Shown here piece after piece: positions 16,574 to 29,219 of a stretch of 64,000 nucleotides of DNA. Numbering within the stretch: position 1 is the first letter of the stretch; each line of letters opens with the position of its first letter. Source of the stretch: Zootoca vivipara (lineage: Eukaryota); contig NC_083281.1 in NCBI RefSeq assembly GCF_963506605.1, positions 41,788,001-41,852,000 of the forward strand, in the 5' to 3' direction. A program made the position numbers and the translations under genes. The notes below the pieces were generated by a model. The model was not told the DNA's origin and ran no database searches. It worked only from the letters and a program-made list of their open reading frames with translations.

Positions 16574-17437
16574 GAAACGAATAGTTGGTGTAGTTTGGAT
16601 CTGGCTATTTCTGAAAAAGCTATTCAGAATTGCAGGCTCTGTTGCTGTTGGGACTGATGCCCACCTTCCTGTTTGCTCATTATCTGCTCAGCTTTTTAAT
16701 CTGTAAAGGAATGTATGTTAGATAGTACACATGTTGTTCAGGCACAGGGCTGTTGAAACAAAATGTACAAAGTTGTATCTGGAACAGTGGAGTGGGTGAA
16801 GCGTGGTGGCAAAGTACAACAGATACAAATTCAGGCTATGCAAAGAGACCAGTAAACATTTTATTTGTCTGTTTATTTAAAGTCTGTAACCTGCTCTTGA
16901 GGCAACAGCCTTTCAGAGTGGCTAACTAACACATATTAAGAATAACATGATACAGAATAAAACAGGAGCAACAGGAAGAGATAATAAAAGCCGGAGAACA
17001 GTGGTGCATCTAAGTGCAATATCTCAGTCGCCTGAGGAAATGCAAAAGAACTGAAAGGATGTCAGATCTGGTGCCAGGCAGGCTTCCCTGAAAAGAGCGT
17101 TCCAGAGTTGTGACAGGGAACTGGGACAACTCAGAAGGCCCTATCCTGGAACACTCCCCTCCCCAGTTGTGAGGACTGGTGGATCTGAGGATACTCCATT
17201 TTTGTCTGCAGCAAAATGGCCTTATTTTACAAAGCCGTTGGCAGTTGCTCCGAACCACCTGCTGACAGGGAGTCTCTGGCCTTTTGGGAAACTGTCTCTC
17301 TCCATCCCATAACCAAAAGCCTATGCCAGGTTGCTTTGTGTGAGTCCCTGGCAATTGATGGGTTTGTGTGTGTGTATCACTTGCTGAAGGATTCAGGCCT
17401 TAAAAATGCAATCAGAAGAGGGGTCAAGCAAGGCCCT

Positions 17438-20479
<3,042 letters not shown>

Positions 20480-21019
20480 TCACCCACTCCCTCTGTGTCA
20501 CATGTGTCTGTGCATAGAGGAAAGCTGTTTATTCTTGGAACAATAAAGCCCTGCCAATAAAAAAAAGAAAGCAGGAACTTTAATTATCCAGAGGTTAATG
20601 GGAGGCCTTTTCTCTCTCTCTCTTTGGTCTTGACTTATTGTCTCCAACTGGGAGGAGACACCCTGTTCTTTGAAAGGAAGTTTCAATGACATAAAAGACA
20701 GCGAGAGTGTAAAGCCATTAATCCCAACAGCACACCTTCCTTTCCTGACTCTTACTGTCAGAAGAGAAAAAGATATGGGTCCTCCACCCAGGTCTAAAAA
20801 AAGGAGCCAAAGGTCACTCCAGAAGATTCAAGGGCACTTTATAGCAAATCGTGCCCTCTTTCAGATGACATGTCAATAAAATCAAGGTGGGATAGTGGAT
20901 TAGCAACATATTCAGGCAACTACCCTCCAAAGTCTTATTGTCCCTCTGCATTGTGGCCCTCACCCAGCTTGCTTATGTTTTAATACTCCTTTTAATTACA
21001 GCACAACAATTACAGCATA

Positions 21020-21036
21020 GCACCACCTGCTGACCA
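21020..21036 (-). promoter_or_regulatory. Candidate CTCF site
   Basis: TGGTCAGCAGGTGGTGC resembles the CTCF core CCASYAGRKGGCRS. Confidence 0.35.
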
Positions 21037-21756
21037 GTAAGAAAATAGCCACTTGATGCACTTCAGTGCAGTATAGTGTTCACCAGTGAACCCTAGCACA
21101 CTTTGAATTACCCATACATTGCAGTCATGCATCATGTGAGAATTAGCGGAGCACAGACACAAGCAGTAGCAATTTCTATGACTAGGGGAACAGAGAACGT
21201 TGCCTTATTTCTTTTCGGTTCCATGCATCGGCCTCAGAAGTGAAAGGTTCTGACCCAAAGCAAGCGAGCAGATCCAGATGGGGTGAAGTAGAGCAAGGTC
21301 CATGTTCTGGCAAGGCAAAAGTCCAGAATTCAATAGCACCCTGGACAGCTCTATGCAAGGGTCACATTGGATAAGCAGGAAGAACGTAGCCAGATATCAC
21401 TGCAGCACCAGTGGACTCCTGGTTGAGCTTTAAATAGGCACCATGGGTCTCTTTGAGCTGCTAGTGCCACTCTCTGCGGGAAAAGCCTCTTTGTTTAAAG
21501 GGGCCCAGTTGGCTCCAATGGTGTGGGGGAGACTGGGGTTCCTATAGGGTGGGGAATCTTTTTTGGCCTGAGGACCACATTCCCTCTTGGCCAATCTTCC
21601 AGGGCCCATATGCCAAAGGTTGGTTGTGGTCAAAGTGAGCACAGGCACCACATCCATTCACATGCCACACAATGCACACACATACAGCACAGCACAGGCA
21701 CATGCATGCATATCCACAGACACACCTTCCTCCCCAGCAATTCGGCTTAGGAAAAA

Positions 21757-22100
21757 GCATTCTCTGTCCAGCCCTCACGGTCGGCAGTTTGAATCCCCGC
21801 AACGGAGTGAGCTCCTGTTGCTCTGTCCCAGCTCCTGCCAACCTAGCAGTTTGAAAGTACGCCAGTGCAAGTAGATAGATAAATACTGCTGTGGCAGTAA
21901 ACGGTGTTTCCATGCGCTCTGGTTTCTGCCGTGGTGTCCCATTGCACCAGAAGCGGTTTAGTCATGCTGGCCACATGACCCGGAAAGCTGTCTGTGGACA
22001 AACACCAGCTCCCTTGGCCTGAAAGCGAGATGAGCGCTGCAACCCCATAGTCGCCTTTGACTGGACTTAACCGTCCAGGGGTCCTTCACCTTTTTTTTTA
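21757..22100 (+). mobile_element. Sauria SINE (5'-degenerate)
   Basis: GGTCGGCAGTTTGAATCCCC B box, CCAGCTCCTGCCAACCTAGCAG, GTCATGCTGGCCACATGACC, CCTTCACCTTT tail. Confidence 0.85.
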
Positions 22101-22240
22101 CCTACAGGGTGAGAAGTTTTGCATTTTGCTCCCTATTCCCAGGTTTGGTGAGGCCACTAAAATTCTAGCACCCAACAGGCGTGATATGGACAGGAATGGG
22201 CTCTGAGGATGCCCACAACAAGTCTCTGCTCCCTTTAGTC

Positions 22241-22483
22241 CAGGGGTTGGCAAGGTTTACCTTGCCTGGGCTGGTTGACTCCAGCAGAGATCCCTCTGTG
22301 GGTTGGATTGCATGTGTGTGTGAGCGCCTGCGCCCACGATTTCTGGCATCTGCATCTGTGCAGCCGCAATTTCCGGCGCCGTGGAAGCCAAGCAGGCGGC
22401 TCGGTTTGGGGGTGGCTCGTGGGCCAGTTAAATGACCCCCATGGGCTGCTTGTGGCCCATGGGCCTTAGGTTCCCTACCCCTG
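22241..22483. mobile_element. hAT MITE
   Basis: CAGGGGT...ACCCCTG TIR; 8-bp TSD CTTTAGTC/CTTCAGTC. Confidence 0.8.
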
Positions 22484-22696
22484 CTTCAGTCCCTTTCAGC
22501 TGGGCCATAGGGTATTTGGTCAGGTCACGTTAAGCTGGTGGCTTGTTTGCTGCTAGAGCACAGCTGCACTGCATTTGAGGTGGAACAGGAAGCCTGGACT
22601 AAAGGGATAAAGAAACGGAATGAGAGGGGTGTCCTAAAGCATAGCAGAGAATGGCCAGGCAGTGTGCTGGTTCCTTCAAAATGTCCAACATTGAAC

Positions 22697-23028
22697 TCCC
22701 ATGGACTGCAAGAAGATCAAACCTATCCATTCTGAAGGAAATCAGCCCCGAGTGCTCACTGGAAGGACAGATCGTGAAGCTGAGGCTCCAATACTTTGGC
22801 CACCTCATGAGAAGAGAAGACTCCCTGGAAAGGACCCTGATGTTGGGAAAGATTGAGGGCACAAGGAGAAGGGGACAACAGAGGATGAGGTGGTTGGACA
22901 GTGTTCTCGAAGCTACCAACATGAGTTTGACCAAACTGCGGGAGGCAGTGGAAGACAGGAGTGCCTGGCATGCTCTGGTCCATGGGGTCACGAAGAGTCG
23001 GACACAACTAAACGACTAATCAACAACA
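22697..23028 (+). mobile_element. Bov-B (RTE) LINE 3' fragment
   Basis: PWTARRSNLSILKEISPECSLEGQIVKLRLQYFGHLMRREDSLERTLMLGKIEGTRRRGQQRMRWLDSV and (CAA)n tail, characteristic of Bov-B. Confidence 0.93.
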
Positions 23029-23374
23029 AAATGCAAATCTAGAAATAATAGTTAAATTTCCATAGAAATACAGTACATCTCACCATAGTGACTTGTGTGC
23101 CTGCTCAGTCTGCTGCACTGGGGCTGTGGATGGGCAACTCTGAGCACCCTCTTTTCTTATGGCTCCGTATCTTTAAACTGGACTTGGATGAGACAGCTGG
23201 ACTGTGCCCTACAAAGGAGGACACCCGGACACCTTAGTTGAGTCCCAAACATCTGAAGGGCACTGAGTTGGCAAAGGCTGATTTAATACACGTGTGGTTG
23301 TACACAGTCTTGCATAGGTTTGCTGCAGCTTCAGATTGATCAGACAGGTCATTCAAGGCACCATAGTTAAGTCT

Positions 23375-23570
23375 CTTAAAGACCAACTAAGTTTATATTT
23401 TGGTATGAGCTTTCGTGTGCATGCACACTTCTTCAGATATCTGTATCTGAAGAAGTGTGCATGCACACGAAAGCTCATACCAAAATATAAACTTAGTTGG
23501 TCTTTAAGGTGCTACTGAAGGAATTTTTTTATTTTGCTTCGACTCAGACCAACACGGCTACCCACCTGTA
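23375..23570 (+). mobile_element. Penelope-like element insertion (pLTR with inverted partial 5' copy)
   Basis: Perfect 15-bp TSD ACCATAGTTAAGTCT at 23360-23374 and 23571-23585; 64-bp perfect inverted arms 23375-23438/23445-23508. Confidence 0.8.
23443..23480 (+). ncRNA. Minimal type I hammerhead ribozyme motif (second, inverted copy at 23403-23440 on minus)
   Basis: GUAU-CUGAAGA-A-GUGUGC(AU)GCACAC-GAAA-GC-UC-AUAC: stem I GUAU/AUAC, core CUGANGA and GAAA, stem II hairpin, palindromic AGCU stem III, UH cleavage site. Confidence 0.65.
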
Positions 23571-24618
23571 ACCATAGTTAAGTCTGTAACCTTTGTATTC
23601 TGCTAAGGAGCAAGTCCCATTGAACTCAGGGGGATTTACTTCTGAATAGACATGCCCTCTAACCACTACCCCACCCTGGCTCTTTAAATGGTCTCCTGCC
23701 TCTGCCACCATCAGCTAAGGTTACTGCAAGCCTAAAGGTGGTGAAGTTGGGTCTGCTGCCTACAACAGATGGAACAGAGCCTTCAAGCAAGGGGGACGAG
23801 GGCATTTCAACCTCCCAGCACAGCATGCAAGAAACTGGAGAATAGCCAGCCTGGAAGGAAGAAACTTCAAAGGGAGAAGGCAAGTTGAAATTCATTGCAT
23901 TGCAATTCCTCAAGGGGTTCCACCTTATCACTGAATCGGGACAAAGGATTTTTATCGCACTACCTGTGCTAATTGACTCTTGGATGTCAGCAACAAGTGG
24001 TTTAAGGTCACTGTTAATGCAATTTTCACTGCTTTTTTCTGCATTTCATTTCCCTCTGACCTCACTGTTTACAATCTCCCGCCCTCAAAACCAAGCAACC
24101 TAGGATAAGATTTCATGCAGCTGATGAAGTTTATGCCAGAATAAATTTGTTCCATTGATCTTTAAGGTGCCACAAAGCTATTTGTTTTTGCAGCAAGAGA
24201 ATAGCCCAGCTACACCTCGGGAGACCAGTGGCCCTATTTTCAATCTCTAATATCCTGTAGGGGATGAAATCTCAATATTGTTGCATGCTACCCCAATCTC
24301 CAAGCTGTGAGATTCCATGTGCCTACCCAAGATTTGTGTTTCTTTGGGGGAATAAGGCACAGCAGAGGCTGTGGTGTCTTTATGATATATGGTTTATTTA
24401 CACATATATACAACCTGAACCTACGATGGAGGGGCTCACAGCATGGACACCCCAAGAGGGTCTTGTTTCTACCACAGCCTTGGATTCAAACAGAAATCAA
24501 CCGTTCTACTCTGATCCTCTCTCCAGCTTGCTGCCTTTACCAGCCTGCAACCTCCCCCCCCAAGTCACACCACAGCCCCCCAAAACTCTACTTCAAACAC
24601 TGGCTATGTCTTCTAACT

Positions 24619-24749
24619 CAGTGTTTCTCAACCAGTGTGCCTCCAGATGTTTTGGGACTACAACTCCCATCATCCCTAGCTAGCAAGACCAGGAATGATG
24701 GGAGTTGTAGTCCCAAAACATCTGGAGGCACACTGGTTGAGAAACACTG
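24619..24749. mobile_element. hAT MITE (hairpin)
   Basis: CAGTGTTTCTCAACCAGTGTG...CACACTGGTTGAGAAACACTG; TSD TTCTAACT. Many decayed relatives (CCAGATGTTTTGGACTACAACTCCCATC) at about 2280, 3430, 19670, 28660, 33590, 36140, 40990, 49890, 53240, 54700. Confidence 0.9.
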
Positions 24750-26558
24750 TTCTAACTAACTCAGAGCTGGAGGAGAGGCCCCACCCACATTGCATCTGGC
24801 ACAGAGCCTTTGTCTTCTTAGTGGCCCATTACCTTTCCTTAGGTCTCTAAATGGCTCATCTCCCAGGCGATTACCTCATGAGGGAACTAGTCTGGCTTAT
24901 TTATCTTATTAACATTTTCTGGGTCCAGGGATTAAGTAGCTGGCACCCCCAAGCTCATAAAAATATATTTGCACAGCATGATGGTTTTGTTTTGCTTTCT
25001 TGCAGGATATTTCAGTAGGAAAGTTAAGGTTCTGCTCCATTCCTCTCTTGTCGAAAAGCGTGGATATAAAGATGGCTTAGCACATCAGCCTGCAGAGCTC
25101 TCTCTCCCCCCACACTGCCAGAGTTTCACTTCCTGTGGTTCTCTGTGTATCTTCAAGCCCCATTTCCCCCACCATCTGCCTGGAGCCCATCAAGGCACCC
25201 GGGGGGGGGGAATATTGTGGTAGTTTAATTGCACTGCCAGTTTATCTAACGATCTTCACCCGTCAAGTCCCTTGACAGTGGAAAAAAATAAATAAACGGA
25301 AAAGAAAACATTATAGCCAGGCTACCTTAAACCCAATATCCTCCCTCTCTCTCTGCTTCTCAGCCTCTCCCACACGACTATGTGTGCAGTTCCTGTTGCA
25401 TACTCTCCTTTTTTTCCTCTCTCTTTCACAATCTAAGAGCCAGCATGCTGCCTGGAACTCCTAAGCTATTTTGAGAAGCCAAACAGCTGTTGAAAGGTTT
25501 TTCAACAGCAGCAGCAGCAACAGCTTGCCTCCTGCACCTCTCTCTGGCCATGGCACTTCCAGCAGGCCCTGCACATGCTCAGGCTCTACAACTTGCCCCC
25601 TTGCGGTCCTCATCACTAGGGGCTTGACCCCCGACTTCTGCCAAGCAAGATCTCCTGCAAGTTCTGACAGGGCTCTGCTTCCAAATCCAGCTGTCAGGTA
25701 AGGTGATGGGGCCCACCCACTCAGGGAGCACCCCCTTGCTGGCTTTTTAAGAGGCTGTTTTGCTCTCTCTAGGTCTGATCTCCAGAACCTCTAGTTAAAC
25801 ATTCCCAAATAGTAGGGCCGGGAAGATGACCCTGCTGGCCAGAGGAGATTAACTGGCTAGGTGGGCTCCAAGGTCCGACTTTCTTAAATTCACATAAATC
25901 CAGCTAGCAGCCAAGGATCCTTTTACAGTCCCCACTTTAAAAAATGAACACTGGCCTGCCTTTCAGGGCTGTGGCTGTTCTAAGGATTGTTGTGATAAAC
26001 GGTGCAGGCGTAGCACGTATTGGGGAGCCCCAGATTGAATGCAAGCCACCAGTCTGGCTGTCAACTTTTCAGCAGGGCTCTGTAGCTGTTGTTTTAACCC
26101 CAGCATATTGTACACCTGTTAGCGGGTGATGCTTATCTCCATTCTGTTAAAAAGCTTCGTTAAAAGTTGCACTTCAAGCTGCTCTGAAAGGCAAAAGAAC
26201 AGGCCAGGCGGCTTTTCTTTCTTGGTCAGTTGGCAACTCTACCCTTGGCCCACATATGGTGGCATGCCTAGGGATCTGGAGCACCTCTTCCTTTTACTAG
26301 CCTTGCAGGATCACACATTATGGAAGCCTAATGAATGTGTTGCCTTTATGTGAAGAGGAATGTAGGAAGGAATCTGTCTTATGCAGAGTGAGACCATAGG
26401 CCCATCTTGCTCAGGGTTGCCTATGATGATTGATGGGGGTTGCAGACAGGGGTCTTTCTTTCCCAGCCATCCTGAGGATACACCTAGGACCTCCTGCATG
26501 TGAAAAGCAGGCCCTGCACCTGGGCAGATTTTGTTCTAAATTTGGATATCCCATATAT

Positions 26559-26694
26559 CAGGCATCCCCAAACTTCGGCCCTCCAGATGTTTTGGACTAC
26601 AATTCCCATCTTCCCTGACCATTGGTCCTGTTAGCTAGGGATCATGGGAGTTGTAGGCTAAAACATCTGGAGGGCCACAGTTTGGGGATGCCTG
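26559..26694. mobile_element. hAT MITE
   Basis: CAGGCATCCCCAAACT...AGTTTGGGGATGCCTG; TSD CCATATAT. Confidence 0.9.
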
Positions 26695-28789
26695 CCATAT
26701 ATTGTCATTTTGGTTTCTTTTTAATGTTCAAAGCGGCTCTCAAAGAAAAGCATTTTAAAAGTCACCAAAATCCCACAACATTATAAGGAAGTTAAATAAA
26801 TTCATAAACACACGGAACATTGTTAAATATTACTGTTACTTTTCCATCCTTTCTTCCTGTGCCTTCAAAGCACAAGCATGGCATGCAAACACGTTGAGAG
26901 CAAGCCTCACTTAACACAGTAAAGATCAGGGCCCTACCTAGAGGTGGAGGGAACAGGCTGCCTCTGTCAGCAGATTTTGGGTGTCACGAAAGGGTAGGAA
27001 ATGAATTATTAGCATTTATCGGCCAGGGAAGGGGAAAGATGACTTGTGGGATTGTCTGCTTCAGGTTTCCAAATAATTCAACCAGCCTTGAGGCCTCTTG
27101 CACCTTGAATTGGGGAGTCATTTGCTGCTTTGTTTTAGGCAGCAAAATGTCTTGAGATGGCCCAGGTAAAGGCTCAGAGGGTTGCACTATAATAATAATA
27201 TTAAATAATAATAATAATAATAATTTATTATTTATACCCTGCCCATCTGGCCGGGTTCCCCCAGCCACTCTGGGCAGCACAATATTATTATCCAACAAAA
27301 TATTAAAATACAGAAATCCATCAAACATTAAAAGCTTCCCTAATCAGGGAAGGTGTAGCCTTTCCTGTGGCTTTATCTCCACCCTGGGAAGAGCTACATT
27401 TCTTAGTTTCGTTATTTAGCACACCTTTAGCTGTGAGGGCTCTACAGCTCTTCTGGTTTTATTTATACCTTTTTATATCGCATCTCAGCCCAGATCACCT
27501 GCTTGGGAGCAAGGGAAGCAGGGAGCAATCGCTCCCACCCCCACCAAAGCCAGACTGTGCTGTTCAGAAGGAACCTTGAATGCCAGAGCTTGAGATAAAG
27601 AAATTAAGCAGGTGACTACGAGGCTTTTCTCTATTGCTTAATCTCCTGTTGGGAAAGGGAAATCACATCACACATGTTTCTGTATGGTGAGCGGCTGTCA
27701 GAGAAGCACGTATCTGGACTGGGGTCACTTTGCATGCCAAACAATGACTTTCAAAACAGTCTTTGGGATGTTTTAGGAATCTGTGTTTGAATCCTTGTTT
27801 CGTTTTTGGCATATTAATCCCCCGGAGGCATAGAAATTGTGAAAATGTTAGAAGCAGGCTGTTCCATTTTAGCTGAAATATCTGAATCAGGCTTGTAGCT
27901 GAGGGACAGAGGGAAAAGGACACAAACACACCAGTTTTGCTTCCTCCTTCTTGGAAACAATGTGTTTACCGTTTTGTTTTGTTTTTGAATATACCCTTTG
28001 AGTCTTATTACTTAAGCAAATTTGCAGGGGTTCTGGAGTCAAGCTGAACAGCAACACTGTGGCCTGAACTGCACCCAGACCTTCACCCGAGTAACAAGCC
28101 TTGTCTGAATTCCATATGAGTACTATCATCAAAAAAGAAATAAGCAACAAAGCATCAGAGAGGCACCTCTATCTTTCCTTTCCTTTCCCTTCCCTTTGGC
28201 AGACTGCTGTGATGTTGCAGCCCCCTGAAAATAAGACAACACAGCGGCCAACTTTCCTCTTCTTTCCATTGCAGGGCTGCTGTGCCTTTTAAGAACAGAA
28301 ATTTGGCATCCCATGCTTTTCTCATCTGTCTGCCTGCATACTAGGGGAGAGTATTACCTGCTGAATTTCTGCTTGTCACACAACTGTCCGAATAAAACTG
28401 GCAATGGGAATCCCTCCTGTTTCAAACCAATAGTTCTTATCCTGCCTTTCTTTCTCAAGCTGGGAAGCTCCCTTTTGCTGGGTTCTAACTTACTACTGCT
28501 GATCTGTTTTGGTTATTTTATACAACTTCCAGCAAGCACAGTGTGTGCTGACAAGGTCATTTCATTCTGCACAGAGTGCAGGTGGGCACAGATCCTGCCA
28601 GGCTGACAAGGTTCTTCCAGACGACTCATTTAGTCCTCATTCATCTTGATCAAAAACAGCCTTCTCCAACTAGGTGCTATTTGGATGTTTTTACTACAAC
28701 TCCCATCAGCTCCAGCAAGCATGGTTGTGCTGCCAGGGGATGATGGGAGTTCTAGTCCAAAACACCTGACTAGCACCTGATTGGGGAAT

Positions 28790-28964
28790 GGTTACAAACT
28801 CCGCTAACCCGGAAGCAGTACCTCGGGTTGTGAACCTTGCCCCAGGATGAGAACGGAAATTGCGTGCCGGCATTGGCAGCAGGAGGCCCTATTAGCTACA
28901 GTGGTACCTCAGGTTAAGAACGGACCTCCAGAATGAATTAAGTTCGTAACCCGAGGTACCACTG
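28790..28964. mobile_element. Tc1/Mariner (Tigger-like) MITE fragment
   Basis: TACAGTGGTACCTC...GAGGTACCACTG termini; same family as 44824-45040 and 57200-57413. Confidence 0.75.
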
Positions 28965-29219
28965 TGTGTGTGTGTGTCCAAAACTTTTGCAAAATCTGTA
29001 TGTTGGGCAGAAATGCTGAGAATTGTGTCACATAACTGTATCAGGTCTGAAGCACATCCACCCCTTCTAAATGCTGTTCTGACTCACCTGCGTCCATCAT
29101 ATCTGTCTGCTCCTCCAACAGTTTCCTCTGGAAGACCTTTTCTTTTCTACAGTCAGGTCCACAGGACTTTCTGGAGCAAAACAGACACGTTTGCTGCCTG
29201 GGCCCAGCCTCTCCCTGCC

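Noticed and set aside
27367-27579. PLAVRAL peptide resembling DCDC2B
   Set aside because: Only 7 residues match, flanks do not resemble a DCX domain, and the position is wrong; treated as chance
28968-29219. 84-aa in-frame N-terminal extension of MTMR9-like
   Set aside because: Starts at GTG in a TG repeat beside a MITE and crosses splice acceptors; the ATG at 29220 has strong Kozak context and matches the MEFAELIK family start
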